Shown here: piece by piece, positions 1 through 9,579 of the stretch
How positions within the stretch are numbered: the stretch's first letter is position 1
How the letters are laid out: every line of letters starts with the position of its first letter
Assembly (NCBI GenBank): GCA_036338595.1
Contig: JAYZBV010000072.1
Span: forward strand, 11,686 to 75,685
Length of the DNA: 64,000 nucleotides
Source of the DNA: Planctomycetota bacterium
GTDB lineage: Bacteria; Planctomycetota; UBA8108; UBA1146
Direction: 5' to 3'
Notes under the pieces: generated by a model
Databases searched by the model: none
Seen by the model: the letters and a program-made list of their open reading frames with translations, nothing else
What the model was told of the DNA's origin: nothing
Translations under genes and position numbers: made by a program

Positions 1-2349
1 TTTCACCAGCAGACCCGAAAGACCGATAGCATCGGGCTGATGCTCCTTGACCGCATCGATCAACTGAGCTGGCGGAACCTTGATTCCCAGATCGACCACC
101 TCGAACCCGTTGTTGGAAAGAATGATCTGTACCAGGTTCTTTCCTATGTCGTGGACATCACCCTTGACGGTTGCCAGCAGGATCTTGCCACGGGAAGCGG
201 AATCGCTCTTTTCCATGTGGGGTTCAAGGAATGCGACCGCAGCTTTCATCGCTTCGGCACTTTGTAGCACCTCCGCCACGATCAACTCGTTGTTATTGAA
301 GAGCCGACCCACCTCTGCCATTCCGTTCATCAGTGGACCGTTGATGACTTCGAGGGGGGCATCGTAGATTTCGAGTGCTTCTGTGAGAGCCTCCTCGATC
401 CCTTCCTTGGTTCCCTCGATGATGTTGCGGGCGAGTCGCTCGGGAATCGGTAGATCGAGCAGTGGAGACTGTCCTTCACTGGCGATCTTCCGACCGCGGA
501 AGTGCTCCGTGAATTCTGCGATCGGATCTGATGTTCGTTGCCAGATCAGATTCTCACACAGTTGTCGTTCCTGTTCAGGGATGCTTGCGTAGCGCTCCAT
601 TCGTTCGGAATTGACGATGGCCATCGTCAATCCCGCCTGGACGCAGTGATAGAGGAAGACGGAGTTCAGCACCTCGCGCCCGGCCGGGGGGAGTCCGAAG
701 GAGACATTGCTGATGCCGAGCACGGTACTGCAGCGGGGGAACCGCTGCTGGATCGCCTTGACCCCATCGATGGTTGCCGCTGCAGAAGCGGAGTACTTCT
801 GGTCACCGGTGCCAACCGGGAAGACAAGAGGGTCGAAGATCAGGTTCGTTTCAGGGATGCCATACTTTTCAGTGAGTAACTTGTATGACCTCTCAGCGAT
901 TTCTAGTTTCCGCTCAACCGTGACGGCCATTCCATCTTCCGGGTCCTCGTCGATACATCCGACCACGAGAGAGGCACCGTAGCGTTTTGCCAGGGGAACA
1001 ACGGATTCAAACCTCTCCTCACCATCTTCCAGGTTAATCGAGTTGATGATCGATTTTCCCTGACACAGTTTCAGAGATTCTTCGATCACCGCTGAATCAG
1101 TCGAGTCGATCATCAATGGCGCCTTCGTCATCCGATTCAGCAGCGGAAGAAGCCGAAGAATATCTTCCAGCTCTTCTCGGTCAGGATCTGCCATGCACAC
1201 ATCGATGATGTGTGCGCCACCGCGATCCTGGCGTCTGCCAATCTCTGCCGCCTTTTCAAACTCATCTCTGGCGATCATCTTCTTGAATCGGCGACTTCCG
1301 ATGACATTGGTTCTTTCACCGACCACGAGCGGCTGATTGTCCTCATTGATCTCGACCAGTTCGATTCCGGAGATCAGAGCAGTTTGAGGGCGTTGCCAAT
1401 CCCGTGGTTTTGCACCGTCAATCCGTTGCACCATGGTTCGGATGTGCTCAGGAGTCGTGCCGCAGCAGCCTCCAATGATGTTGACCCAGCCCTGGTCGAT
1501 GAAGGGTTGCAGATGGTCGGCAAGGATCTCCGGAGTCTCCTCGTATTTCCCATCGGAATTTGGCAGCCCAGCGTTTGGATAGACTGAAACGGGGAACGCC
1601 GAGATGTTCGAGAGGGTTCTGAGGTGGTCTGTCATGAATCGGGGACCCGTGGCGCAATTCATCCCGATGAAGATCGGCTGGAAGTGTTCGACGCTGGCAT
1701 AAAATGCCTCGATGGCCTGTCCCGCGAGCATCGTGCCCATCGGTTCGATGGTGCAGGAGATCGCTACGGGCCGAGAGAATCCGACATCGTCGGAAGCAGC
1801 TTCGATGCCGAACTGCGCCGCCTTCAGATTGAGGGTGTCCTGAACCGTCTCGAGCAAAAGGATGTCGCAGCCTCCTCGAAGCAAGCCGCGAGCCTGAACC
1901 CTGAAGTGTTCACGCATTTCATCGAAGGTGATGCCACCGGTCACTGAGAGCGTTTTTGTCGTGGGTCCCATCGATCCGAGAACCCAGCGAGGCCTCTCCT
2001 CGGTGCAATACTGATCCGCTGCCTCACGCGCCAGTTCGCTGGCGACGACATTGATCTGCTCGGCGAGATCACCCAGGCCGTATTCAGCGAGTACCAGGGG
2101 GGTGGCGCCAAAGGTATCGGTCTCGATGCAATCGGCACCCGCCTCGAGGTATTGACGGTGAACCGAGCGGATCACATCCGGACGGGTGAGCACCAGATTT
2201 TCATTACAGCCAGCGAGGTCATCCCCACCGAAATCTTCCGCCGAGAGGTCACGATCCTGCAGGGCAGTGCCGGTGGCACCATCGATGACCAGGATTCTCT
2301 CCCTCAGATGGGTGAGAAACTGGCTTCGAACCTGCTCCTGACTGGTCAT
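1..2349 (-). CDS. metH: B12-dependent methionine synthase, partial (runs off the left edge; alternative in-frame ATG at 2367)
   Basis: Translated by hand, as it is absent from the ORF track: N-terminus MTSQEQVRSQFLTHLRERILVIDGATGTALQ; cobalamin-binding motif LLATVKGDVHDIGKNLV near 135-185; DAIGLSGLLVK at the window edge. Confidence 0.95.
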   Translation of the reverse strand, partial: MTSQEQVRSQFLTHLRERILVIDGATGTALQDRDLSAEDFGGDDLAGCNENLVLTRPDVIRSVHRQYLEAGADCIETDTFGATPLVLAEYGLGDLAEQINVVASELAREAADQYCTEERPRWVLGSMGPTTKTLSVTGGITFDEMREHFRVQARGLLRGGCDILLLETVQDTLNLKAAQFGIEAASDDVGFSRPVAISCTIEPMGTMLAGQAIEAFYASVEHFQPIFIGMNCATGPRFMTDHLRTLSNISAFPVSVYPNAGLPNSDGKYEETPEILADHLQPFIDQGWVNIIGGCCGTTPEHIRTMVQRIDGAKPRDWQRPQTALISGIELVEINEDNQPLVVGERTNVIGSRRFKKMIARDEFEKAAEIGRRQDRGGAHIIDVCMADPDREELEDILRLLPLLNRMTKAPLMIDSTDSAVIEESLKLCQGKSIINSINLEDGEERFESVVPLAKRYGASLVVGCIDEDPEDGMAVTVERKLEIAERSYKLLTEKYGIPETNLIFDPLVFPVGTGDQKYSASAAATIDGVKAIQQRFPRCSTVLGISNVSFGLPPAGREVLNSVFLYHCVQAGLTMAIVNSERMERYASIPEQERQLCENLIWQRTSDPIAEFTEHFRGRKIASEGQSPLLDLPIPERLARNIIEGTKEGIEEALTEALEIYDAPLEVINGPLMNGMAEVGRLFNNNELIVAEVLQSAEAMKAAVAFLEPHMEKSDSASRGKILLATVKGDVHDIGKNLVQIILSNNGFEVVDLGIKVPPAQLIDAVKEHQPDAIGLSGLLVK

Positions 2350-2453
2350 GGACGGGTCAAAGGACATCCCCTGGGCCTCCGTAAGTGAGTCTATGGAACC
2401 CAGAGTATAGGACTCCAGTACCCCGGGGGATAGCGCAACAGATACGGTTGTGC

Positions 2454-3065
2454 TCACCTTCTGGGGTCGGGGGGATCAATTCGCTGCTGTTCCAGCCGCA
2501 GCAGAGCCTCCTGCATCTGTAACTGGATCGACATCAGATCGTCGATTCTCAGAGCCGTCTGCTGCTGCCGACGGACCAGTTCCAGGTGGCTCTTGTGGGT
2601 TGCTGCCAGTTGCTCTTCCAGTTGCTGGATCTTCTGAAGCAACTCCTGCTTATCCTCAGAGGAGTTTCGATGAGCCTCCTGAAGGCGTTGCAGTGCTGTA
2701 GTCTGGCTCTTCTTCAAACTCTCCAGCTGGGCGGTCAGCGATTGCCCCAGATCCTCGCTGCTTTCGGCGATCTTTTCCATCTGTTCGTCCAGTTGATCTG
2801 TCTTGCTGATGAGCCTCTCGTCGAGTTCTGTCACCCCCGATTGAACTCCCTGGAGATCGGTCCGGAGGGTGCCGATGGATTCATCGATACGATCCACATC
2901 GCCGTCGAGGCGCTGTACCTCCCCTCGCAGCAGGGAGTCCTCGAGTTGAAGGTCCACCTGTTGCTGTTCAAGGTGATCGATCTGGCGTTGCTGTCTGGAC
3001 CCTGTCCACAGGAAAGCGATGGTCAGCGTTGCGATGGCGACCACGATGAGGCTCATTAATTTCAT
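2454..3065 (-). CDS. Membrane-anchored coiled-coil protein of unknown function
   Basis: N-terminal hydrophobic helix (LIVVAIATLTIAFLW) followed by about 170 aa of Q/E/L-rich heptads; GGAGA RBS upstream. Confidence 0.75.
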   Translation of the reverse strand: MKLMSLIVVAIATLTIAFLWTGSRQQRQIDHLEQQQVDLQLEDSLLRGEVQRLDGDVDRIDESIGTLRTDLQGVQSGVTELDERLISKTDQLDEQMEKIAESSEDLGQSLTAQLESLKKSQTTALQRLQEAHRNSSEDKQELLQKIQQLEEQLAATHKSHLELVRRQQQTALRIDDLMSIQLQMQEALLRLEQQRIDPPDPRR

Positions 3066-3096
3066 CGGTTCTCCTTTGCAACGGACCCGGAGTGGT

Positions 3097-3186
3097 TGGC
3101 GGTGGGGGTGGGATTCGAACCCACGAGGGCTGTTACACCCTGCCGGTTTTCAAAACCGGTGCATTAGACCACTCTGCCACCCCACC
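3097..3186 (-). tRNA. tRNA-Ser (anticodon UGA)
   Basis: Reverse complement GGTGGGGTGGCAGAGTGGTCTAATGCACCGGTTTTGAAAACCGGCAGGGTGTAACAGCCCTCGTGGGTTCGAATCCCACCCCCACCGCCA: cloverleaf, long variable arm, TTCGAAT loop, encoded CCA. Confidence 0.97.
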
Positions 3187-3205
3187 ATCGCCAGCAACTG
3201 CATCG

Positions 3206-3237
3206 CAACCCTGTACCGTGACAACCCAGTACCGTGA
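3206..3237. repeat. 16-bp tandem duplication CAACCC(T/A)GTACCGTGA x2 in the tRNA-Ser upstream region
   Basis: Units at 3206-3221 and 3222-3237 differ at one base. Confidence 0.8.
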
Positions 3238-3256
3238 CCATGGCCGCTTCAGATTA

Positions 3257-4345
3257 CTAGTTTGACGCTTTTCCATCACCATCATCGGCAGATGAGTGGT
3301 AGGAGCGAGACTCCTTCAGTCGTTTGAGCCGCTTCTCTCTCAAACTCTGCGCCCGAGCACGAAGATCGACGACATCATCGTGTTCGTCGACCACCTCGAT
3401 GCCAAGAATCGTCTCGAACAGGTCCTCAGTGGTGATGATGCCGCATGTGCCGCCATGTTCGTCCGCCACCATGGCGATGGGATCCTGGCCGCTGGTGAGA
3501 TCGGCGAGAGCCTGGCGCAGGGTCGCCACCTCGGGTACGAACCGAATTTCCCTGCGAAACTGCACCAGGGGAGTCGTGCCGGGAGCTCCCTCGATGCTGG
3601 CTGACAGCACTTCTCGCAGCAGGACATAACCCGTGACCTCGTCCAGAGACTTGCCGTGAATGGGGATCCTGCTCGGTAGATGGCTTCTCTTGTTCTCGGC
3701 CAGAAGATCACCGATGGTGGCATCTTGCCACAGATCCCACACCACGGTTCGCGGCGTCATCACATCTCCGACGTGGATCTCGTCGAGCCTGAGGATGTTG
3801 CGATAGAGTTCTCGTTCGTGGACGGCAAGAGTCCCATCGGTTCCAGCCATGTCAATCATCGCCTCGACCTCACCCCGTGAGACATGTTCTGTTGATTTGC
3901 TGCCGAAGATCCTCGTCAGAACGACGGTCAATCCCATCGCTGGCTTCATCACAGCGGTCAAGATGTGAAGGCAGACTCCGACGAATCCCGACAGCTTTCG
4001 TGCATGCACCGCGCCTAGCGTCTTCGGAATGATCTCGGCTCCGGTCAGGATCACAAAAGTGAAGAGCGCCGAGAATACTGCGACCCATGCGGGATACTCC
4101 TTGTGAACCAGGTATCCGGCGATCGACGCTCCCATCGTGTTGGAAATGGTGTTGAGGATCAGCACTGCACTGATCGCCTCGTTGAGTCGATGCTTCTTCA
4201 GATCCAGCAGCCAGCGGATGCCGATGCTGCGCTCTCGGCGCTCTTCGAGGCTCGGGATCGAGACAGAGAAGAGGGTCGCCTCGAGCAGGGAACAGATGAA
4301 AGAGACGAAGACGGTCAGCGAGACGACACTGAGGAGAAGGGTCAC
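3257..4345 (-). CDS. CNNM (DUF21) plus CBS-pair membrane protein, HlyC/CorC/TlyC family
   Basis: SFICSLLEATLFS, AISAVLILNT, AEIIPKTLG, DVMTPRT, SRIPI, VADEHGGTCGIITTEDLFETILG-E-VDEHD. GTG start at 4345 preferred over 4462. Confidence 0.9.
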   Translation of the reverse strand: MTLLLSVVSLTVFVSFICSLLEATLFSVSIPSLEERRERSIGIRWLLDLKKHRLNEAISAVLILNTISNTMGASIAGYLVHKEYPAWVAVFSALFTFVILTGAEIIPKTLGAVHARKLSGFVGVCLHILTAVMKPAMGLTVVLTRIFGSKSTEHVSRGEVEAMIDMAGTDGTLAVHERELYRNILRLDEIHVGDVMTPRTVVWDLWQDATIGDLLAENKRSHLPSRIPIHGKSLDEVTGYVLLREVLSASIEGAPGTTPLVQFRREIRFVPEVATLRQALADLTSGQDPIAMVADEHGGTCGIITTEDLFETILGIEVVDEHDDVVDLRARAQSLREKRLKRLKESRSYHSSADDGDGKASN

Positions 4346-5014
4346 GGGCCATCCATCCAGGAGAATTGAGCTTTGCTGGGGGCCATCATACCCGGTCTGC
4401 AGTGGCTCCCAAAACGCTCCTCGCAGCGGGATCGGGGCCCAATCGATGGTTATCGGAACCACAGAGGCTTTGCACTTTACACTTTATAAAGTATGTGTCA
4501 GGCTTCTGCCGGCCCCATGCCCGGGCTCTGTTTGCATGCGATCGCGAGTGCCTCATCGAGTGGCACTCGTTGCTCGATTGTGGATGAGACGGGCGTGAGG
4601 GGATGATCGAGATGGGGGATTCCAGCCAATCCGGGTCATTCCGGAGCATCTGGCATGAACCCTGCACTGTCGATGTGATCGGGCCACTTCACCGGACTGT
4701 CCGGTGTCGCTGGATCAGAGGGGAGAGCAGATGACACCTTCGACCCACGACCAGCGACCCTGCTCAAGTTTAATTTCGAGTCGAATCGGAATCTCGGGGA
4801 CTGCAAATCTGTTCGCTGCGTTGGCACCGCAGCAGGAGTCGAGTTCGTGCAATCCAGTCCCGTCGCATGAAGAACAATTGGTGGGAAATTGGCGGTGCGC
4901 TGCAACTGCCGGTGGCAGTTGCTCATCCCAGGGGTGGAGTCGTTCACAACCAGCCTGTGGGCAAATCCAAGAGGTTGTGGCCCGGCAACCGGGCCAGGTC
5001 GGAAAGAGGGAGTC

Positions 5015-6952
5015 ATGGTGAATCAGGGTACGAGCCAGGGAATCGATGGTCCGCAACAGACCGGTGCTTCCATCGATCTGATCAAATTCTGGGATGAACT
5101 GGGATTTGGTGGGCGCGTCGGGGTGGGGGCGGCTCTCTTTTTCGTGGTCGCATTCATCTTCACTTCATCGATGAAGAACGATTGGATCGACATCCCTGTC
5201 GGCGATGTCGAACGCGACTTTGAACTCACCGAGATCCTCAAGGGCAAGCAGATCGATTTTCGCTTCAATGACGCGGGTGGCCTTCAGGTGCCGAGTATCC
5301 GCGCATCAGAGGTATTTTCACTGCTTCACTCGAATACAGCGGCGGCTGATCAAGCGGATCCATTTGACTGGGTAGGTCAGTCTGGATCGCTGATCGACAC
5401 TTCCAGGCAGCGAGAGCAGCGCTGGGAACGGTCGCAGATCGAGCAACTCGAGGAGGACCTTGCCCGCCTCGAGGGGGTCGACTCGGTGAGCGTGACACCC
5501 AATCGATCGATCGGAGCATCGGTGATTGCTTCGAGCCGCAAGATTACCGGTGTCAGCGTCCAGGTAGATCTCGATGCACAGCTGCGGCCCGCTGGACTCA
5601 GCCAGTCGATGGCGATGTCGATTGCAATGCATGTTTCCGGGGCATACGGGGTTTCGACAGAGAAAGTCATCATCACGGATACCACCGGTCACTACTACGA
5701 TCTCGACAATTCACAGGTGACAGCAGGGGATGTCGTGGAGAAGAAAAAAATCGTCGAACAGTATGTGGTTCGATACCTCTCGGCGATTTTTGATCCTGAG
5801 ATGTTTCGTGTGGTCGTCGATGTGAGTCTGGCCAACCCGGTATTCGAGACGGTCGAGAAGTCAGGTTACATCCCGGGCAATAACCCGGTGGTGCCGGGTA
5901 TCTACGATCTCCAGGAGCAGGTGGCTTCTTACTCACCAATTTCGGCACAGTTTGCGGACTCAGTGGTGACCAGAGCCACAGCTCAGCAGATTCCAGGCCG
6001 TACAGAAGCGGATCCCGCGATCGCAGGTGTTGAAGAGGTTGCGGTCACGGTGATGCTGGATCGTCAAGGCGCCATCGCCAGAGCCAGCGCCAACGGAGGC
6101 TACAGCCGCGGCACTGAAGCAGCCAGCGGGCAACGGAGCGTCGGGCAACTGCTGCGTGAGTTTACCGCCACGATCGTCGATGGCCTCACGTCTCACCTCA
6201 GGGTTCATGTCGGTAGCGATTCAGTGATCCAGGCCAGGGTGCTTCCCGTCAACTTCAAGGGTGTGCTCTCGACTGCTGAGCCGGTCAAGGTTCAGAGTCT
6301 GGCCAACGAAGAATTCGCAGGGTACCCCTTCTCCTTCTACTTCCTGCTAGGAGGGGGATTGCTGGCAGTATTCTGGATATTCCGCCATGGCCCCAGAGAC
6401 TCGACTGTCGAGCCAGCGATAGCAGGGTTCGGTGCGGCGAGATTCGCCCAGGATCGGGTCCGAGAGAGTGTCAATACGATCTTCGAGGAGTGTGAAAGCT
6501 CCATCACCGAAAAAGCGATCGAGCAGATCCGTAGCCTCGATGTTCCCGAGTCAGTCGAGGTTCTTCGGCATGTCATCTCGCACGATGAGGGTGAACTACC
6601 GGGGTGCTCGGTGCTGGCACTACTGGTACTCGATCAATGCCCAGCCCGAGCCGAGATCTTCAATGCCATGAATCCGGAAGAGCTGTCGACACTGTCGGGG
6701 ATGATCTGCGGAGTCGAAGCCATCCATCAAGAAATGATCGCAGATGCACTGGCAGTACTGGACCTCTTCCAGGGTGTACTGTCCGGCTCCAGTCCGACAA
6801 CAGAAGTTCCCTCAGCCATCGATGTGATTCCGACTCAATTCGAAATCCAGCGATCCGTGATCGACGACATCAGATCCAATGATTCGAAACTGGCAGATCT
6901 GATCGAGGGAAATAGCAGCGGCTCCAGTTCAAGGGAGGTTCAATCGCCATGA
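5015..6952 (+). CDS. fliF: Divergent FliF/SctJ-like MS-ring protein with a fused C-terminal partial FliG-like segment
   Basis: Two TM helices (GVGAALFFVVAFIF; FSFYFLLGGGLLAVFWIF); ring-building-motif-like stretches EQLEEDLARLEGVDSVSV, SIAMHVSGAYGVSTEKVIITDTTG, YLSAIFDPEMFRVVVDVSL; first gene before fliH; RBS GAGGGAG before ATG 5015. Confidence 0.75.
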   Translation: MVNQGTSQGIDGPQQTGASIDLIKFWDELGFGGRVGVGAALFFVVAFIFTSSMKNDWIDIPVGDVERDFELTEILKGKQIDFRFNDAGGLQVPSIRASEVFSLLHSNTAAADQADPFDWVGQSGSLIDTSRQREQRWERSQIEQLEEDLARLEGVDSVSVTPNRSIGASVIASSRKITGVSVQVDLDAQLRPAGLSQSMAMSIAMHVSGAYGVSTEKVIITDTTGHYYDLDNSQVTAGDVVEKKKIVEQYVVRYLSAIFDPEMFRVVVDVSLANPVFETVEKSGYIPGNNPVVPGIYDLQEQVASYSPISAQFADSVVTRATAQQIPGRTEADPAIAGVEEVAVTVMLDRQGAIARASANGGYSRGTEAASGQRSVGQLLREFTATIVDGLTSHLRVHVGSDSVIQARVLPVNFKGVLSTAEPVKVQSLANEEFAGYPFSFYFLLGGGLLAVFWIFRHGPRDSTVEPAIAGFGAARFAQDRVRESVNTIFEECESSITEKAIEQIRSLDVPESVEVLRHVISHDEGELPGCSVLALLVLDQCPARAEIFNAMNPEELSTLSGMICGVEAIHQEMIADALAVLDLFQGVLSGSSPTTEVPSAIDVIPTQFEIQRSVIDDIRSNDSKLADLIEGNSSGSSSREVQSP

Positions 6953-7743
6953 ACGACGAAGTATTTTCGCCGACGGATGAGGGCCCAACCGAGATCTTGC
7001 AATCTGAAGTGGAGGCACGTCAGCGCCTGGAAGCACTACAAGTTGCCTACCAGCAACTGATGCAGAAACTGCTCGTCGATGGCCAGAAGTCCATCGCTGC
7101 CATCGAGTTGGCCAGGGAGTCTTCACTGGTAGCGCTCGAGAAGCACAAGAACGAGGCCAGGTCTTCAGGACTTGAACAAGGCCTGGAGGATGGTCGCAAG
7201 CAGGGCTTCGAAGCGGGCCATGCCGAGGGAATCCAGCTGGGACTCGAGGAAGGCCGCCGTGAATTTACACGGAGCGTCGAACAGAGGGCCTGTGAACTGG
7301 TTTCCCAGAACTGTGAAACATTGCCACAAACACTGGCGTCCGCCATCGAGGAGTTCTCCCGATGCTGGAAGGACACGATAGAAGAAACACGGCGTGACAC
7401 CGTGAAGCTTGCCCGTGGAATCGCTCAGAGGGTCCTCCGTCGCGAGATCGAGGACTTGCCATCGGTTGTAGTGGAAAACATCGAGCTTGCCGTGCAGCGG
7501 ATCGGTGATCGATGTCAGATCGTCATCGAGGTCAATCCCGCAGACCTCACAGCTGTAGTCCAGTTTCTTCCGCTTCTTGGACAGAAGTTTGAAGGTGCCG
7601 AGGGCGCAGAGGTGGTCGGGGTAGAGTCGATCTCACGCGGCGGTTGCCGAGTTCGCAGTCGCTCAGCGAGCGTGGATCTGACGATGGAAATGCAGTTGGA
7701 TCTGATCGAATCGGCACTGATCAAGGATTCCCAGGAGAGTTGA
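6949..7743 (+). CDS. fliH: FliH/SctL export ATPase stator/regulator
   Basis: GxxxG repeats (GLEQGLEDGRKQGFEAGHAEGIQLGLEEG), IEVNPADL, ISRGGCRV; ATGA overlap with fliF. Confidence 0.9.
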   Translation: MNDEVFSPTDEGPTEILQSEVEARQRLEALQVAYQQLMQKLLVDGQKSIAAIELARESSLVALEKHKNEARSSGLEQGLEDGRKQGFEAGHAEGIQLGLEEGRREFTRSVEQRACELVSQNCETLPQTLASAIEEFSRCWKDTIEETRRDTVKLARGIAQRVLRREIEDLPSVVVENIELAVQRIGDRCQIVIEVNPADLTAVVQFLPLLGQKFEGAEGAEVVGVESISRGGCRVRSRSASVDLTMEMQLDLIESALIKDSQES

Positions 7744-9065
7744 TGAATTTCATCGATGCGCTCGAGTCACTGAATACGGGACAGATGGTGAGGGTGCGCG
7801 GCACCGTTGCTCGCGTTACAGGAGTGATCGTTGAGGCCCAGGGCCTGTCACTACCTGTGGGAGCTGAGTGCACCATCCGGACTCGAGAAGGTGATCTGGT
7901 GGTGGCAGAGGTGATCGGGTTCTCCGGTGACAGGTGCCACTTGCTTCCCGAGTCGGGCATCTCAGGAATCGCTCCTCAAGATGTGGTGATTCACGATGGA
8001 GAAAAGCCCAGCGTCGAGGTCTCTCACCAGCTGCTCGGTCGCGTCATCGATGCAAGGGGGATCCCCATCGACGGAAAGGGACCCGTCCCCTGTGGCGAGA
8101 AGATGCCCATCCATGCGAAGCCAGTTCCAGCGCTTGAGCGTCAAAGAATTGACCGGGCAGTCCACACGGGTGTGCGCGCCTTTGATTCGATCCTGACTGT
8201 GGGAGTCGGTCAGCGCCTGGGGATCTTCTCGGGAAGTGGTGTCGGCAAATCTACGCTGCTTGGAATGATAGCAAGGAACACCGAACTCCCGATCAGGGTG
8301 ATTGCTCTGGTCGGAGAACGAGGTCGAGAGGTCCGGGAGTTCATCGATAGAGACCTCGGTCCGGAAGGCCTTGCACGAAGTGTTGTCGTGGTAGCGACAG
8401 GAGATGAAGCCGCCGTGATGAGACTGAGGGCAGCCAAGGTTGCCACCTCCATCGCAGAGTGGTTCAGGGATCAGGGCGAAGATGTTCTGTTGCTGGTCGA
8501 CTCCATCACCAGGGTCGCCCTCGCTCAGCGCGAGGTTGGCCTGTGCGCCGGGGAGCCTCCCACAACTCGCGGATACACACCCAGTGTCTTCGGGATGCTC
8601 CCACGGCTCCTCGAGCGAACTGGACCCGGCAAGGTCGGAAGCATCACTGCATTCTATTCCGTTCTTGTCGAAGGGGATGACCTGCACGATCCGATAGGGG
8701 ATGCAGTAAGAGGGATTCTAGATGGGCAGATCTGGTTGAGTAGAGATCTCGCAAATCGGGGCTGGTTCCCGCCTGTAGACCCATGTGCCAGCACCAGCAG
8801 GACGATGAACTCGGTGGTCGATCCTGACCATCTCACCGCTGCTCGCTCACTGGTTGAACTGGTGGCGACTTACCGTGAGATCGAGGACATGGTGCGTATC
8901 GGTGCGTATGTCCGCGGCCAGGATCAAAGATCGGACGCTGCACTCGATGCGATGCAATCGATCGAGGAACTGTTGCGTCAATTGCCTGCAGAGAAGAGTG
9001 AGTTCGAGCTCACCAGGAAGCGCCTGATCGATATCACCAGTAACTCCAGCTGGGAGGTTGCCTGA
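7743..9065 (+). CDS. fliI: FliI/SctN type III export ATPase
   Basis: GQRLGIFSGSGVGKSTLLGMIAR (Walker A), VGERGREVREF, LLLVDSITR (Walker B), GEPPTTRGY, ILDGQIWLSRDLA. Start ATG at 7743. Confidence 0.97.
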   Translation: MNFIDALESLNTGQMVRVRGTVARVTGVIVEAQGLSLPVGAECTIRTREGDLVVAEVIGFSGDRCHLLPESGISGIAPQDVVIHDGEKPSVEVSHQLLGRVIDARGIPIDGKGPVPCGEKMPIHAKPVPALERQRIDRAVHTGVRAFDSILTVGVGQRLGIFSGSGVGKSTLLGMIARNTELPIRVIALVGERGREVREFIDRDLGPEGLARSVVVVATGDEAAVMRLRAAKVATSIAEWFRDQGEDVLLLVDSITRVALAQREVGLCAGEPPTTRGYTPSVFGMLPRLLERTGPGKVGSITAFYSVLVEGDDLHDPIGDAVRGILDGQIWLSRDLANRGWFPPVDPCASTSRTMNSVVDPDHLTAARSLVELVATYREIEDMVRIGAYVRGQDQRSDAALDAMQSIEELLRQLPAEKSEFELTRKRLIDITSNSSWEVA

Positions 9066-9523
9066 TGTCGACCGATGATTTCCGACTCGATGCGTTGCTC
9101 AGATTGCGAAAGAAGGAAGCTCATCTGCAACAGGAAAAACTGACCGCCTGCATCCAGAAACTGGAAGAGCAGCGCCAGGAAATGGGCAGAACTAACGAAA
9201 AGTACCACTCGGTCGTCACAGCCCTCCGCCAGGAGGATCAGGCCGGTGCAACACTCTCGGAACTGATGGTTCATCGCCGGTACCTCGAACGGATGAGAGA
9301 TCTTGCGAAGGAACAGGGCGAACTCGCCGTTTCACTGGCAGCGGATCTGGAACAGGTCCGAGGTCATGTCGTCGAGGCCATCCGTCAATGTCGCGTGGTC
9401 GAAAAATTGAAAGAACGGTTTGAAGAGCGGGAATCAGAGCGTGTCAAACGCAGCGAGCAGCGACTCGTCGATGCAGAGACCAGCGCTCGGATTGCGGCGG
9501 GGATCCAGGCGGAGTCAGCCTGA
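9065..9523 (+). CDS. fliJ: FliJ/SctO export stalk protein
   Basis: 152-aa coiled coil beginning FRLDALLRLRK and containing VEKLKER...EQRLVD; directly follows fliI. Confidence 0.85.
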   Translation: MSTDDFRLDALLRLRKKEAHLQQEKLTACIQKLEEQRQEMGRTNEKYHSVVTALRQEDQAGATLSELMVHRRYLERMRDLAKEQGELAVSLAADLEQVRGHVVEAIRQCRVVEKLKERFEERESERVKRSEQRLVDAETSARIAAGIQAESA

Positions 9524-9579
9524 CAGGGCGTCGAATTCTGCTCAGTAGCGATGGGAATACAGTGGAAAGGAAACCAGCG

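Noticed and set aside
4450..4479. Sigma-28 promoter on the minus strand (TAAA...TCCGATAA)
   Set aside because: Spacing is 18 nt from TAAA or 11 nt from CAAA, not the expected 15 or so; not called as a promoter.
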